Source: an uncultured archaeon (GTDB lineage Archaea; Iainarchaeota; Iainarchaeia; Iainarchaeales; 1-14-0-10-31-34). From it: DNA of 64,000 nt. The notes under the pieces were generated by a model. It made no database searches. It had not been told where the DNA came from and saw nothing but the letters and a program-made list of their open reading frames with translations. Positions 29,145 through 37,704 of this stretch are shown here, one piece after another. The number at the start of each line of letters is the position of its first letter. Positions within the stretch are counted from its first letter, which is position 1. The stretch is from positions 2,526 through 66,525 of the forward strand of contig CAYTYC010000001.1 of the NCBI GenBank assembly GCA_964442255.1. Direction: 5' to 3'. The position numbers and the translations under genes are program-made.

Positions 29145-29789
29145 TTGATTGAAATGATTGACTTAATTTACGCGGAAAACTTTCCGTTAAAGGAAGCCGT
29201 TTCCGCCGCAAAAAAGCTGGGCATCAAAAGATTAATTTTAGCCAAGCATTTTTCCCCGGAAAAAGAATTAACCGGCTTGAAGAAAGAAGCCTCCGCAATA
29301 AAGTTTCCTTTTTCTTTTTGCCATCTTGCTGAAAACCCGAAGGAAGTGAACAGCTTTAAAGGCAAGGCGGATTTTCTTGCAATAGTTGGCGGTGATGTTT
29401 CCTCAAACAAGTTTGCGGTATCCAACAAACAAGTTGATTTTCTTTTAGAGCCTGTTTCTCCGGGAAGGCTAACAGTTGACACCGGGCTTTGCAGGACAGC
29501 GAAAGACAATTCAAAGCCTTTGGCCTTCACTTTATCCCGGTATTTGAATGCCTCCCGCGGGGAGAGAGTGGGGCTGTTCAGGAACGGCTTTTTTTCGGTC
29601 AAGCTTTTGAAAAAGTTCAGGGTGAACGCGCTGTTTTTCAGCGGAGCAGGGAAAAAAGAGGAAATGCGCTCCGCAGAAGAGCTGAAGGCTTTTGCCCGGC
29701 TCCTTGGCTTTTCGGAAAAGCAGGGCGAAAGGTTTATTGAAAGTTTTGGTGAAGGATTTTTGGGTGAAAAACTGTATGCCCGGGCCTAA
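29145..29789 (+). CDS. Probable RNase P protein component 3 (Rpp30-like)
   Basis: About 214 aa. Position immediately upstream of Pop5/PsmA in the conserved archaeal superoperon. Sequence match itself is weak. Confidence 0.4.
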   Translation: MIEMIDLIYAENFPLKEAVSAAKKLGIKRLILAKHFSPEKELTGLKKEASAIKFPFSFCHLAENPKEVNSFKGKADFLAIVGGDVSSNKFAVSNKQVDFLLEPVSPGRLTVDTGLCRTAKDNSKPLAFTLSRYLNASRGERVGLFRNGFFSVKLLKKFRVNALFFSGAGKKEEMRSAEELKAFARLLGFSEKQGERFIESFGEGFLGEKLYARA

Positions 29790-30431
29790 AAATAAACAGG
29801 CGGGAACTAAGCTGATTAAACAAAAAAGGGTCAAAGAGGCGAAGGCTGAAAAACTTAAGAAGGCGCAGGCGATAAGGCAGCTAACTTTTATAAGGGAAAA
29901 AATCATTGAAATTCTTGCAAAACACGGCAATGAAAGGCTGTCACACTTTCTTTTGGCTCCGGAAAAGGATTTCCATATGCACAGAAAAGTTTTGCTTTTG
30001 AATGATTTGGACAAGGCAGGTAATTTGGGGGGAATTTCAAGGAGCTGCTGGAGCATGTTTTTGCTTATTCGCAGACCCTGCACACAGGCAGGATTGCAGA
30101 CAAAAAGATGGGGGAAAGAATAACGGCTGAACGGGCCCTTGCCGGCTACTACGATGCAGGCCCCTTGATTGAAAGGCTGAGAATAATAAGGGACTTCAGT
30201 AGGGACGCGCCTAAATTTGACCAAAAATCCTACAAGCGTGTCGCCAGGGCGGTGGCGCAAAGCCACATTGGCAGGATAAGCCCAATGAAGAGAAGATATT
30301 GGGAGAAAACTTACGAGAAAATGCTTGAAAACACGAAATTCAGGGAATATGCTGAAAAAATGGAAGAGCATTATAGAAAAAAAGCAACTGCAGACATTCA
30401 CGGCACCGACAGAAAAAAAGGCAAAAGTTAG
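29776..30431 (+). pseudogene. Gene split by a +/-1 frameshift at a G6 homopolymer (ORFs 29692..30123 and 30108..30431 are two halves)
   Basis: Frame of the 30108 ORF stays open upstream to 30024 with protein-like sequence (NFKELLEHVFAYSQTLHTGRIADKK). The other frame degenerates (GGISRSCWSMFLLIRRPCT) after gggggg at 30027-30032. Confidence 0.45.
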
Positions 30432-30506
30432 GGAAGATACTTAAGCTTTTTTGAAAGGAAAGGATTAAATGAACCTTTACTTATTTTACTCATTTAAGGT
30501 GGTTGG

Positions 30507-30713
30507 ATGGTTAACATGACTATGGCTGTTCCTGAAAGACTGCATCGGCTCATGAAAAAACATTCTGAGATTAAGTGGGCTGAAGTGGCTAGAAAGGCGA
30601 TAGAAAAAAAAGCAATGGAGCTGGAAGAAGAAAAAATGCCGTGGATGAAGCATGCCCACGAGCACGCAGTGAAAAGAGGCTGGAGCGAAGCGCATGAACT
30701 CTTCGAGTTTTGA
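30507..30713 (+). CDS. Putative antitoxin (small DNA-binding protein) of a PemK/MazF module
   Basis: 68-aa basic/helical protein immediately upstream of and overlapping the PemK-like gene. Confidence 0.5.
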   Translation: MVNMTMAVPERLHRLMKKHSEIKWAEVARKAIEKKAMELEEEKMPWMKHAHEHAVKRGWSEAHELFEF

Positions 30714-31044
30714 GCAGGGAGAAATTGTTGTTGCGCCTATTCCTTTCTCGACATTCTTGGCTGGAAAAATTCGCCCCGCGCTTGTGTTAAGCAGGAAGGA
30801 ATACAACAACAAATCAGAGGACATTATAGTGTTAAAGGTCACGAGCAAGGGAAAGGATTACCCGTTTGATGTTGTGTTGAAAGAAAAGGATTTGAGTTCA
30901 GGAAAACTAAAGCACGAAAGCGTAATCCAGGCGGATTTTCCGGTGATGGTAGAAAAAACAAGCGTTAAAGAAAGAGTTGGCAAAATCTCCAACCAAAAAC
31001 TCAAAGAAATAAAGCAAAAACTGAAGGAACTGTATCAATTATGA
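30694..31044 (+). CDS. PemK/MazF-family endoribonuclease toxin
   Basis: GEIVVAPIPFS...RPALVLS signature of the PemK/MazF fold. 116 aa. Confidence 0.7.
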   Translation: MNSSSFEQGEIVVAPIPFSTFLAGKIRPALVLSRKEYNNKSEDIIVLKVTSKGKDYPFDVVLKEKDLSSGKLKHESVIQADFPVMVEKTSVKERVGKISNQKLKEIKQKLKELYQL

Positions 31045-31385
31045 AGCAGTTGAAAAAATCCCTGAAGCCAATTCCGCTCTCGCTTAGGGACAAGAAAAGG
31101 TATGTTTCATTCACTTTCGCTGAAGGCGGAAAATTTTCGGAGAAAGAAGTGCGTGAGGAAGTGAACCGGGTTTTCTACCACTTGTTTGGGGAAATAGGCC
31201 TTGCGAGGAAAAATTTCCAGTTTGTTTCCTTCAACGAAAAAACCCAAAAAGGAATACTGAAATGCAGGCACACCGAGGTTGAGGACGTTAAGGCAGGCGT
31301 GCTGTTCGTGAAAGAAATTGGCGGAAAACCCGTTCTCCCCGGGATTCTAAGGGTAAGCGGCTCAATCGGAAAGCTTAAGAAATAG
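31041..31385 (+). CDS. rnp2: RNase P protein component 2 (Pop5/Rnp2)
   Basis: N-terminus LKPIPLSLRDKKRYVSFTF matches the Pop5 LPPSLRE.YRY..FE signature. Superoperon position. Confidence 0.65.
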   Translation: MKQLKKSLKPIPLSLRDKKRYVSFTFAEGGKFSEKEVREEVNRVFYHLFGEIGLARKNFQFVSFNEKTQKGILKCRHTEVEDVKAGVLFVKEIGGKPVLPGILRVSGSIGKLKK

Positions 31386-31416
31386 TTTTTTCTTTTGTCA
31401 GCCGGTTTTTCTGCCC

Positions 31417-31467
31417 CCTGGCCCGCAAACCGCGGCACCCGCAAACCGCGGCACCCGCAAACCGCGG
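31417..31467. repeat. Three tandem copies of a 17-nt unit (cccgcaaaccgcggcac)
   Basis: Direct read: cccgcaaaccgcggcac ccgcaaaccgcggcac ccgcaaaccgcggcag, each containing the CCGCGG palindrome. Intergenic between Pop5 and the VapB-like gene. Confidence 0.8.
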
Positions 31468-31552
31468 CAGTCTTGTCTTATCTTTTAACCATCTATCGAA
31501 AAAAGGTAAGATTTAAATATTTTTTGTGCATTTGTTTGTTCGGGTGATTGCG

Positions 31553-31765
31553 ATGGAGACAATAACTTTGTCCAAAAAATTTCAGATTGTTATCCCCAAA
31601 AAGACCAGGGAAGGTCTTGGGCTGAAAGCAGGCCAAAAGCTTGTGCTTCTTGAAAAAGGAAACAGTGTTGAGCTCGTGAAAATAGGAAACATAAAGTCAG
31701 CAATGGGGATGGCGAAAGGCGTTTCCGTCAAAGGCCTGAGGGATGAAAGTGAACGTTTTAGTTGA
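31553..31765 (+). CDS. vapB: AbrB/MazE/SpoVT-family antitoxin (VapB-like)
   Basis: METITLSKKFQIVIPKKTREGLGLKAGQKL swapped-hairpin motif. TATA-like atttaaatat about 35 nt upstream. Confidence 0.65.
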   Translation: METITLSKKFQIVIPKKTREGLGLKAGQKLVLLEKGNSVELVKIGNIKSAMGMAKGVSVKGLRDESERFS

Positions 31766-32126
31766 CAGCAGCATATGGATTGAGTATTTTGCAAAAGGGG
31801 CCAAAGCCAGGAAAGTTGCCGGCATAATTCATAATGCAAACAAACGAACCTACAAGACGCCTTCGATTGTTCTGTTTGAAGTGTATAAAAAAATAAAAAA
31901 AGACCTGAATGAGCAGGTGGCGAATGAAGCAATAGCCCACATTATTGATTTAACGGAGATAATACAATTGGATGCGAGGCTGGCGGTGCATGCAGCAGAA
32001 GTAAGCCTTGGGACAGGGCTTGCGATGGCTGACGCAATCATTAAGGCGGCTGCAGAATTGAATGACGCCGAAATAAAGACCATGGACAGGCACTTCAAGG
32101 GCTTAAACGGGGTTGGTCTGGTGTGA
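31743..32126 (+). CDS. vapC: PIN-domain ribonuclease toxin VapC
   Basis: VLVDSSIWIEY N-terminal acidic motif, MADAIIKAAA, TMDRHF. Overlaps the antitoxin stop. Confidence 0.7.
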   Translation: MKVNVLVDSSIWIEYFAKGAKARKVAGIIHNANKRTYKTPSIVLFEVYKKIKKDLNEQVANEAIAHIIDLTEIIQLDARLAVHAAEVSLGTGLAMADAIIKAAAELNDAEIKTMDRHFKGLNGVGLV

Positions 32127-32220
32127 TGAGTAAATCCTAACCTACATGGTGCAGGGGGGCAATAGGGTGAGGGGTTAATGAAAACCTGAAGGCAAGCGGG
32201 TTGGTTGGAAAGCTCAAGAA

Positions 32221-33030
32221 ATGAGGGAAGACGGGAACCTTTTAAAGCTTATTCTTATTAGATTAGTTAGTCCGGAAAGAAAGGAAAAAAGAGGTGTTTT
32301 ATTGTACCCGGGTTCTAGAAGTGCGGCTTACGACAGGGTTGCGACGATGTTCAGCCCGGACGGCAGGCTATACCAGGTTGAATACGCGTCAAAAATCGTT
32401 GACCAGGGAACGCTTGGGGCTGCATTAATTTACGATAAAGGCGTTTTGTTTGGCGCTGACAAGAAAGTCACTTCAACCTTGATTCTGCCGGCAAGCATTG
32501 AAAAAGTCTTCAAAATAGACCAGCATGTCGGCGCAATAAGCTCGGGGTTGGTGGGGGACGCAAGAAGGCTTGTGGATATTGCAAGACAGGAAGCGCAGGA
32601 AAACCAGATGTTTTACGAGGAACCAATCCAGGTTGAAACACTGGTTAAAAAGGTTTCAGGAATAAAGCAAATCTTCACCCAGTACGGCGGAATGCGGCCG
32701 TTTGGAGTGAGCTTCATTATTGGCGGGATTGACACCGACGGAAAAAAGAAGGTATTTGAAACCGAGCCATCAGGCGCACTTGCGGAGTACAAGGCAATTG
32801 CAATCGGGAAAGGAAAAAAAGAGGCAATGAAGGTTTTGGAGAAAGGCTACAGGGACAAAATGGCTTTCGCGGACGGAGTAAGGCTTTTAATGGAAACAAT
32901 TAAGGCGGGATTGTCGGAAAACGAAAAATTTGACATCAACAGGCTGGATTTTGCGTTCATTGAATCCGGAGGCGAATTCCGGAGAATGGCCACTTCGGAC
33001 TTGAATTCTGTTTTAGGGAAAAAATCTTGA
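32221..33030 (+). CDS. psmA: Proteasome subunit alpha
   Basis: YDRVATMFSPDGRLYQVEYA alpha-subunit N-terminal signature. Ntn-hydrolase fold length. Confidence 0.85.
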   Translation: MREDGNLLKLILIRLVSPERKEKRGVLLYPGSRSAAYDRVATMFSPDGRLYQVEYASKIVDQGTLGAALIYDKGVLFGADKKVTSTLILPASIEKVFKIDQHVGAISSGLVGDARRLVDIARQEAQENQMFYEEPIQVETLVKKVSGIKQIFTQYGGMRPFGVSFIIGGIDTDGKKKVFETEPSGALAEYKAIAIGKGKKEAMKVLEKGYRDKMAFADGVRLLMETIKAGLSENEKFDINRLDFAFIESGGEFRRMATSDLNSVLGKKS

Positions 33031-33047
33031 CTTTTTTAGGGTAATTT

Positions 33048-33743
33048 ATGGTAAAACTCGAGGAAGCCGTAATCGCACGGCTTGAAAAGGAAGGCGAAAA
33101 ATTCGAGGTCCTGGTTGATCCTGACTTAGCAATGGAACTAAAAAAAGGCGAAAAAGTGGACTTCAATGAACTGCTTGCATCAGACGAAATATTCAGGGAC
33201 TCCAGGAAAGGGGAAGAGGCAAGCGAAGAAAAACTGAAAAATTTTTTTGGGACAGCCGAAGTCAATGAGGTCGCGGAAAAAATCGTTAAAGAGGGAAGGG
33301 TTCAGCTTACAACCGAACAAAGAAAAGAAATGCTCAAAAAGAGGAGAACCGAAGTGATTTCGCTGATTGCAAGAAACGCATTGAACCCGCAAACCAATTC
33401 TCCGCACCCAAGGCAGAGAATTGAAAACGCATTGGAGGAAGCGAAAGTGCAAATTGACCCCGCGAAGCCGGCCTCCGAGCAGGTGAAAGAAATACTGAAT
33501 GAAATAAAAAAGCTCATCCCGATTTCGTTTGAAAAATTGAGGGTCGCGGTGAAGGTGCCCGCGCAGTTCGCCGGCCGTGCTTCACCGATCCTCCACAACT
33601 ACGAGCTAAAGCAGGAGGAATGGCAGAAAGACGGCTCATTGGTTGTGGTATTGGAATTGCCCGCGGGATTGAAGGCGGATTTGTTTAACGAATTAAATCA
33701 TTTGACGCACGGGGAAGTTGAAACAAAAATAATTGAACAGTAA
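33048..33743 (+). CDS. sdo1: Ribosome maturation protein SBDS/Sdo1
   Basis: 231-aa three-domain SBDS-like protein. Superoperon position after psmA. Confidence 0.65.
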   Translation: MVKLEEAVIARLEKEGEKFEVLVDPDLAMELKKGEKVDFNELLASDEIFRDSRKGEEASEEKLKNFFGTAEVNEVAEKIVKEGRVQLTTEQRKEMLKKRRTEVISLIARNALNPQTNSPHPRQRIENALEEAKVQIDPAKPASEQVKEILNEIKKLIPISFEKLRVAVKVPAQFAGRASPILHNYELKQEEWQKDGSLVVVLELPAGLKADLFNELNHLTHGEVETKIIEQ

Positions 33744-34377
33744 GGGAGTTGAAAAAAAAGTGAAAAAAGTTGTTGTGCCCGGGGAATTAATTTCCGAGGA
33801 AAGAAAAAAAATCGGAGAAAATGTTTTCGTAAGGGAAGGAAAAATTTATTCAAGTGTTCTGGGGCTGACTGATGAGTCTTCCCCTGTTGCGGGGGTTGTC
33901 CCTTTGGAAGGAAGTTACCGTCCCGCGGAAGGGGATTTGATTGTCGGGGTGGTTGAAATGGAGACCTTTGCGGGATATTTGGTTAACATCAACACCCATG
34001 CATGGTCGTTTCTGTCCAAGGAATCCCTTCGCGAGCCCCTGAAGCCGGGCTCAATTGTTTCCGCGCAGGTTGCAAGGGTGAACGAAGTGAACGAAGTTGA
34101 CCTGGACAGGCCAAGGGTCTTTTACGGCGGGGAAATAATCAAGGCGACTCCGGTAAAGGTTCCGAGGATTATTGGAAAAAACGGCTCAATGCTGAACGTT
34201 TTAAAGGACGGAACCAAAAGCAGTTTAATGGTGGGAAGAAACGGGTTTGTCTGGGCGAAAGGCGGGAACACCGCGCTTCTTGCAAGGTCGCTGGAAAAAA
34301 TCCAGAAAGAAGCCCACCACGGAAACCTGACAAACTCCATTGAATCATTTTTGAAGAAGGAAGGAAGTGAGAAATGA
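33733..34377 (+). CDS. rrp4: Exosome complex RNA-binding subunit Rrp4 (S1 + KH)
   Basis: S1-like beta-barrel segment and KH GxxG (IIGKNGSMLNVL). Immediately precedes Rrp41/Rrp42. Confidence 0.7.
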   Translation: MNSKGVEKKVKKVVVPGELISEERKKIGENVFVREGKIYSSVLGLTDESSPVAGVVPLEGSYRPAEGDLIVGVVEMETFAGYLVNINTHAWSFLSKESLREPLKPGSIVSAQVARVNEVNEVDLDRPRVFYGGEIIKATPVKVPRIIGKNGSMLNVLKDGTKSSLMVGRNGFVWAKGGNTALLARSLEKIQKEAHHGNLTNSIESFLKKEGSEK

Positions 34378-35231
34378 TGGCGAAAAAAGAGGAAAAAATT
34401 GAGTACGTGAACAAGAAGGGCCTTAGGCTTGACGGAAGAAAGCCGGAAGAATTAAGGGAATTGAAGATCACCGCATCAGTTCTGCCTAATGCGGACGGAA
34501 GCTGTTACCTTGAATGGGGCCAAAACAAGGTTTTGGCGGGAGTGCACGGCCCGAAGGAAGTGATTCCAAAGCACATGTCAAATCCGTACAAGGGAATAAT
34601 TAAATTTGAGTACAGGATGGCGACCTTTTCTGTTCCCGACAGGAAAAGCCCGAAGCCCGGGAGGAGGGACATTGAAATAAGCAAGGTATGCGGGGAAGCG
34701 CTCTCAAAGGCGGTGATGCTGGAAAAATTTCCTAACACCGCGCTTGAAGTTTGGGTTGAAATTTTGGACAGCAACGCGGGAAGCAGGGTTGCGGCCTTGA
34801 CTGCGGCAAGCGTTGCCTTGGCTGATGCGGGCATTCCTATGACTGATTTGGTTTGCGCGTGCGCGGCCGGAAAAGCCGGGGGAAAAATAATCCTTGATTT
34901 GAACAAAGACGAAGAGGACGCGCCCGACGCGGTGGACATGCCTCTTGCAGTCCTGCCGAATTCAGGGGAAATCGTTTTGCTTCAAATGGATGGAATTTTA
35001 TCCAAAAAGGAGTGGATTGAGGCAATGGAGCTCGGATTAAAGGGCTGCAGGTCAGTGCACGAAAAGCAGGTTAAGGCGCTGAAAGACAAGTACGGGCAAA
35101 CCGAAAAAATTGAAGGCCCGGAAGGAAAAACAGGGGCAAAGGAGGAAAAAAAGCAGGGAAAAGGTTTGCCAAAAGCAGAGGAAAAGAAAAGTGAAGAGGA
35201 AAAAACCCGGGAAAAAGGTGATGAAAAATGA
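34374..35231 (+). CDS. rrp41: Exosome complex exonuclease Rrp41 (RNase PH) with K/E-rich tail
   Basis: RNase PH domain (LRLDGRKPEELR..., SNAGSR phosphate-binding region). Confidence 0.85.
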   Translation: MMAKKEEKIEYVNKKGLRLDGRKPEELRELKITASVLPNADGSCYLEWGQNKVLAGVHGPKEVIPKHMSNPYKGIIKFEYRMATFSVPDRKSPKPGRRDIEISKVCGEALSKAVMLEKFPNTALEVWVEILDSNAGSRVAALTAASVALADAGIPMTDLVCACAAGKAGGKIILDLNKDEEDAPDAVDMPLAVLPNSGEIVLLQMDGILSKKEWIEAMELGLKGCRSVHEKQVKALKDKYGQTEKIEGPEGKTGAKEEKKQGKGLPKAEEKKSEEEKTREKGDEK

Positions 35232-36010
35232 ATGTTGAAATGCTGCATGAAATCGCAAGCGAAAAGGTTTTGCTTGAAGCAAAAGAGGGAAGAAGGCTGA
35301 GCGGAAGGGCGTTCGACGAATACAGGAAACTCAAGCTTGAAAAGGATGTCTCTAAAAACGCGGAGGCCTCGGTCAAAGCCTTCCTCGGCCAGACAGAGGT
35401 AATTGCGGGAATTAAAATGATTCCCGGCGAACCCTATCCTGACAGCCCCGGTGAGGGAACTATTTCAGTTGGGGCAGAGCTTTTGCCCCTGGCTTCACCT
35501 GAATTCGAGTCAGGTCCCCCAAGGGAAGGCGCAATAGAGCTTTCAAGGGTAGTGGACCGCGGGATAAGGGAAAGCAAGACACTCAATTTTGCTGACTTAT
35601 GCATCCGTGAAGGGGAACTGGTGTGGATTGTGTTCATTGACATTTACGCGTTGAACTGCGATGGAAACCTTTTTGATGCAAGCTCTGCGGCAGCGCTTTC
35701 CGCCCTCCTTGACTGCAAAATCCCCAAGCTTGAGGACGACAAGGCAGTTAAGGGGGAATTCAGCGGAAAACTGAAGCCGGCAAACAAGCCCCTGCTTTCA
35801 ACTTTCGCGAAAGTGGGAAACTCAATCTTCCTTGACCCGGATTTAAGGGAAGAAAAGGCGATGAGTGCCCGTTATTCCGTGGCAACAACCGAGAAAGAGG
35901 AATTGTGCGCAATGCAGAAAGGCCTTTCCGGGGCGTTCAGCCTGAAGGAAATTGAGTCCTCAATTGACCTTGCATTGAAGAAATCACAGGACTTAAGGAA
36001 ACTGTTGTGA
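35228..36010 (+). CDS. rrp42: Exosome complex subunit Rrp42 (inactive RNase PH)
   Basis: RNase PH-like fold, paired with Rrp41. 260 aa. Confidence 0.8.
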   Translation: MNVEMLHEIASEKVLLEAKEGRRLSGRAFDEYRKLKLEKDVSKNAEASVKAFLGQTEVIAGIKMIPGEPYPDSPGEGTISVGAELLPLASPEFESGPPREGAIELSRVVDRGIRESKTLNFADLCIREGELVWIVFIDIYALNCDGNLFDASSAAALSALLDCKIPKLEDDKAVKGEFSGKLKPANKPLLSTFAKVGNSIFLDPDLREEKAMSARYSVATTEKEELCAMQKGLSGAFSLKEIESSIDLALKKSQDLRKLL

Positions 36011-36020
36011 GGAACAGGAA

Positions 36021-36461
36021 ATGGGTGAAACAAAAAAAGTCCGCACAACCGGAAGGTTTGGCCCCCGGTATGGGGTGGGGATAAGGAAAAGGGTGCTGAA
36101 GGTTGAACAGCAGCAGAGGCAAAAATTTCAGTGCCCCCACTGCGGATTCAGGAAAGTGAAAAGAAAGGCGAAAGGCATTTATGTTTGCGGGAAATGCGGA
36201 AAAAAGATTGCCGGCGGAGCCTATGTTTTGTCCACAATGGGCGGGGACATAATCAGGAAAATGGTTGCGCAAAAGAAATTTGTTTCAGGGTTGGGCGAAT
36301 TAACCAAATCCAGGGAAAAAGAACGGGAAGAAAGGGAAGCGGAAAAGGAAAGAAAAAAAGCCCCCGAAAAAAAGGAAAAATCCATAGAACAAAAAAAGAG
36401 GCCGGAAAAAAAGGAATCAGGGGAAGAACATAAAGAAATGCGCGGAAAGAAAAAGGATTAA
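36021..36461 (+). CDS. rpl37ae: 50S ribosomal protein L37Ae with about 55-aa K/E-rich C-terminal extension
   Basis: TGRFGPRYG and C4 zinc ribbon CPHCG...CGKCG. 146 aa against about 90 typical. Confidence 0.8.
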   Translation: MGETKKVRTTGRFGPRYGVGIRKRVLKVEQQQRQKFQCPHCGFRKVKRKAKGIYVCGKCGKKIAGGAYVLSTMGGDIIRKMVAQKKFVSGLGELTKSREKEREEREAEKERKKAPEKKEKSIEQKKRPEKKESGEEHKEMRGKKKD

Positions 36462-36481
36462 ATTAAAATGGAGTGAATTGA

Positions 36482-36634
36482 ATGGCGAAACAAAAATCCG
36501 GAAAATATAAGTGCCAGAAATGCGGAATGCAGTTTGACGCTTTGCCCGAAGCGGTTGTAAGATGCCCTTCCTGCGCAAACAAGGTTTTGCTTAAGGTAAG
36601 GCAGCCTGTCTCAAAAGAGCTTAAGGCAAGGTAA
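36482..36634 (+). CDS. rpoP: DNA-directed RNA polymerase subunit P (RpoP/Rpc10)
   Basis: Own translation MAKQKSGKYKCQKCGMQFDALPEAVVRCPSCANKVLLKVRQP... with CxxC...CxxC zinc ribbon. Not in ORF track (under 60 aa). Confidence 0.65.
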   Translation: MAKQKSGKYKCQKCGMQFDALPEAVVRCPSCANKVLLKVRQPVSKELKAR

Positions 36635-36644
36635 GGCGAAGAAC

Positions 36645-37115
36645 TTGCTTTTCACTACCTCCAGAAAGCCTTCAAGGAAAACGCTTTCGTTTGCCAAGGA
36701 TTTGGTGAAAAGCCTTCCATCCACGGTTTACTTTCCGCGCGGAAAAAAAGGGGTTGAGGAGCTTATTTCAGATGCACGGTACAAGGGCTTTAATTCAATT
36801 CTGGTTTTATGCGAATCCCACGGAAACCCTGTTTCACTGAAAAAAATTGAATTAACTGAAGGGGAATGGGATTACTCATTTGAGGCAAAAATAAGGCTTT
36901 TGGGCTCAAGGAAAGAAATTTCGGGATTCACTGCCTCCCTGCAGGGAATTGGAAAGGTTTCCGTGCGGGAAGATGTGAAAAATTTTTTGGAGTTAAAGGA
37001 AAACAGCGGGGCCCAGGAAACAGAGTTCAGGGAAGAAAAAGGCAAACTGAATTTTTACAGGAACGGCTCGCCTGTTGGGCCGGAGTTTGAGGTGAAAGGA
37101 ATTGAGCGAATTTGA
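36645..37115 (+). CDS. Brix/Imp4-domain ribosome biogenesis protein
   Basis: N-terminus MLFTTSRKPSRKTLSFAKDL matches the archaeal Brix signature. Confidence 0.65.
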   Translation: MLFTTSRKPSRKTLSFAKDLVKSLPSTVYFPRGKKGVEELISDARYKGFNSILVLCESHGNPVSLKKIELTEGEWDYSFEAKIRLLGSRKEISGFTASLQGIGKVSVREDVKNFLELKENSGAQETEFREEKGKLNFYRNGSPVGPEFEVKGIERI

Positions 37116-37347
37116 GTTTTTCCTTGAACTGGATTTTCCTTCAAATGAACGGGCGGAAAAGGTTTTGAACGCTATTTCCCCTGAACTGGAGGCCGAAAAA
37201 AGGCTGCGCTCAAGTTCAGGGGTAAAGGTTAAAAGGAATACTTTATCCATTTATGTTCAGGCAAAGGACAGGACCGCGTTGAAGGCGTCGGTTAATTCCG
37301 TTTTAAAGGGAATTATTTTGTCAAATGAATTGCTTGAGGAGGTTTGA
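37102..37347 (+). CDS. pcc1: KEOPS complex subunit Pcc1
   Basis: 81-aa protein with Pcc1-like pattern (EFFLELDFPSNERAEKVLNAISPE). Superoperon position. Confidence 0.55.
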   Translation: MSEFEFFLELDFPSNERAEKVLNAISPELEAEKRLRSSSGVKVKRNTLSIYVQAKDRTALKASVNSVLKGIILSNELLEEV

Positions 37348-37353
37348 AAAACA

Positions 37354-37698
37354 ATGGCAGATGAAAGACAGCAGGATGCGGCGGAATTCGAGAGAAACCG
37401 CGCGCAGCTCATGAACATTTCTTCACAGAAGCAGCAGCTGCAGTTCCAGAGCAGGGTTTTGGGGGACTCCCTTGCGGAGCTGGAGAAAACAGGCGAAAAA
37501 AAGGTTTACAAGGCAGTTGGAAACATCCTGATTCTGACTCCGGTGGACAAGGCAAAGAAAGAGGTAAAGGATTCCAAGGAATCCGTTGATCTTAAAGTCA
37601 AGACACTGCAAAAACAAGAGGAACTGACAATAGACAAGCTCAACAAACTCAAAAAAAAGCTTGAAGTAAAGGAAGAAACCCCGGCGAAAGCGAAGTGA
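37354..37698 (+). CDS. pfdB: Prefoldin subunit beta
   Basis: Two coiled-coil helices flanking a beta hairpin. 114 aa. Confidence 0.6.
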   Translation: MADERQQDAAEFERNRAQLMNISSQKQQLQFQSRVLGDSLAELEKTGEKKVYKAVGNILILTPVDKAKKEVKDSKESVDLKVKTLQKQEELTIDKLNKLKKKLEVKEETPAKAK

Positions 37699-37704
37699 AT
37701 TTGC

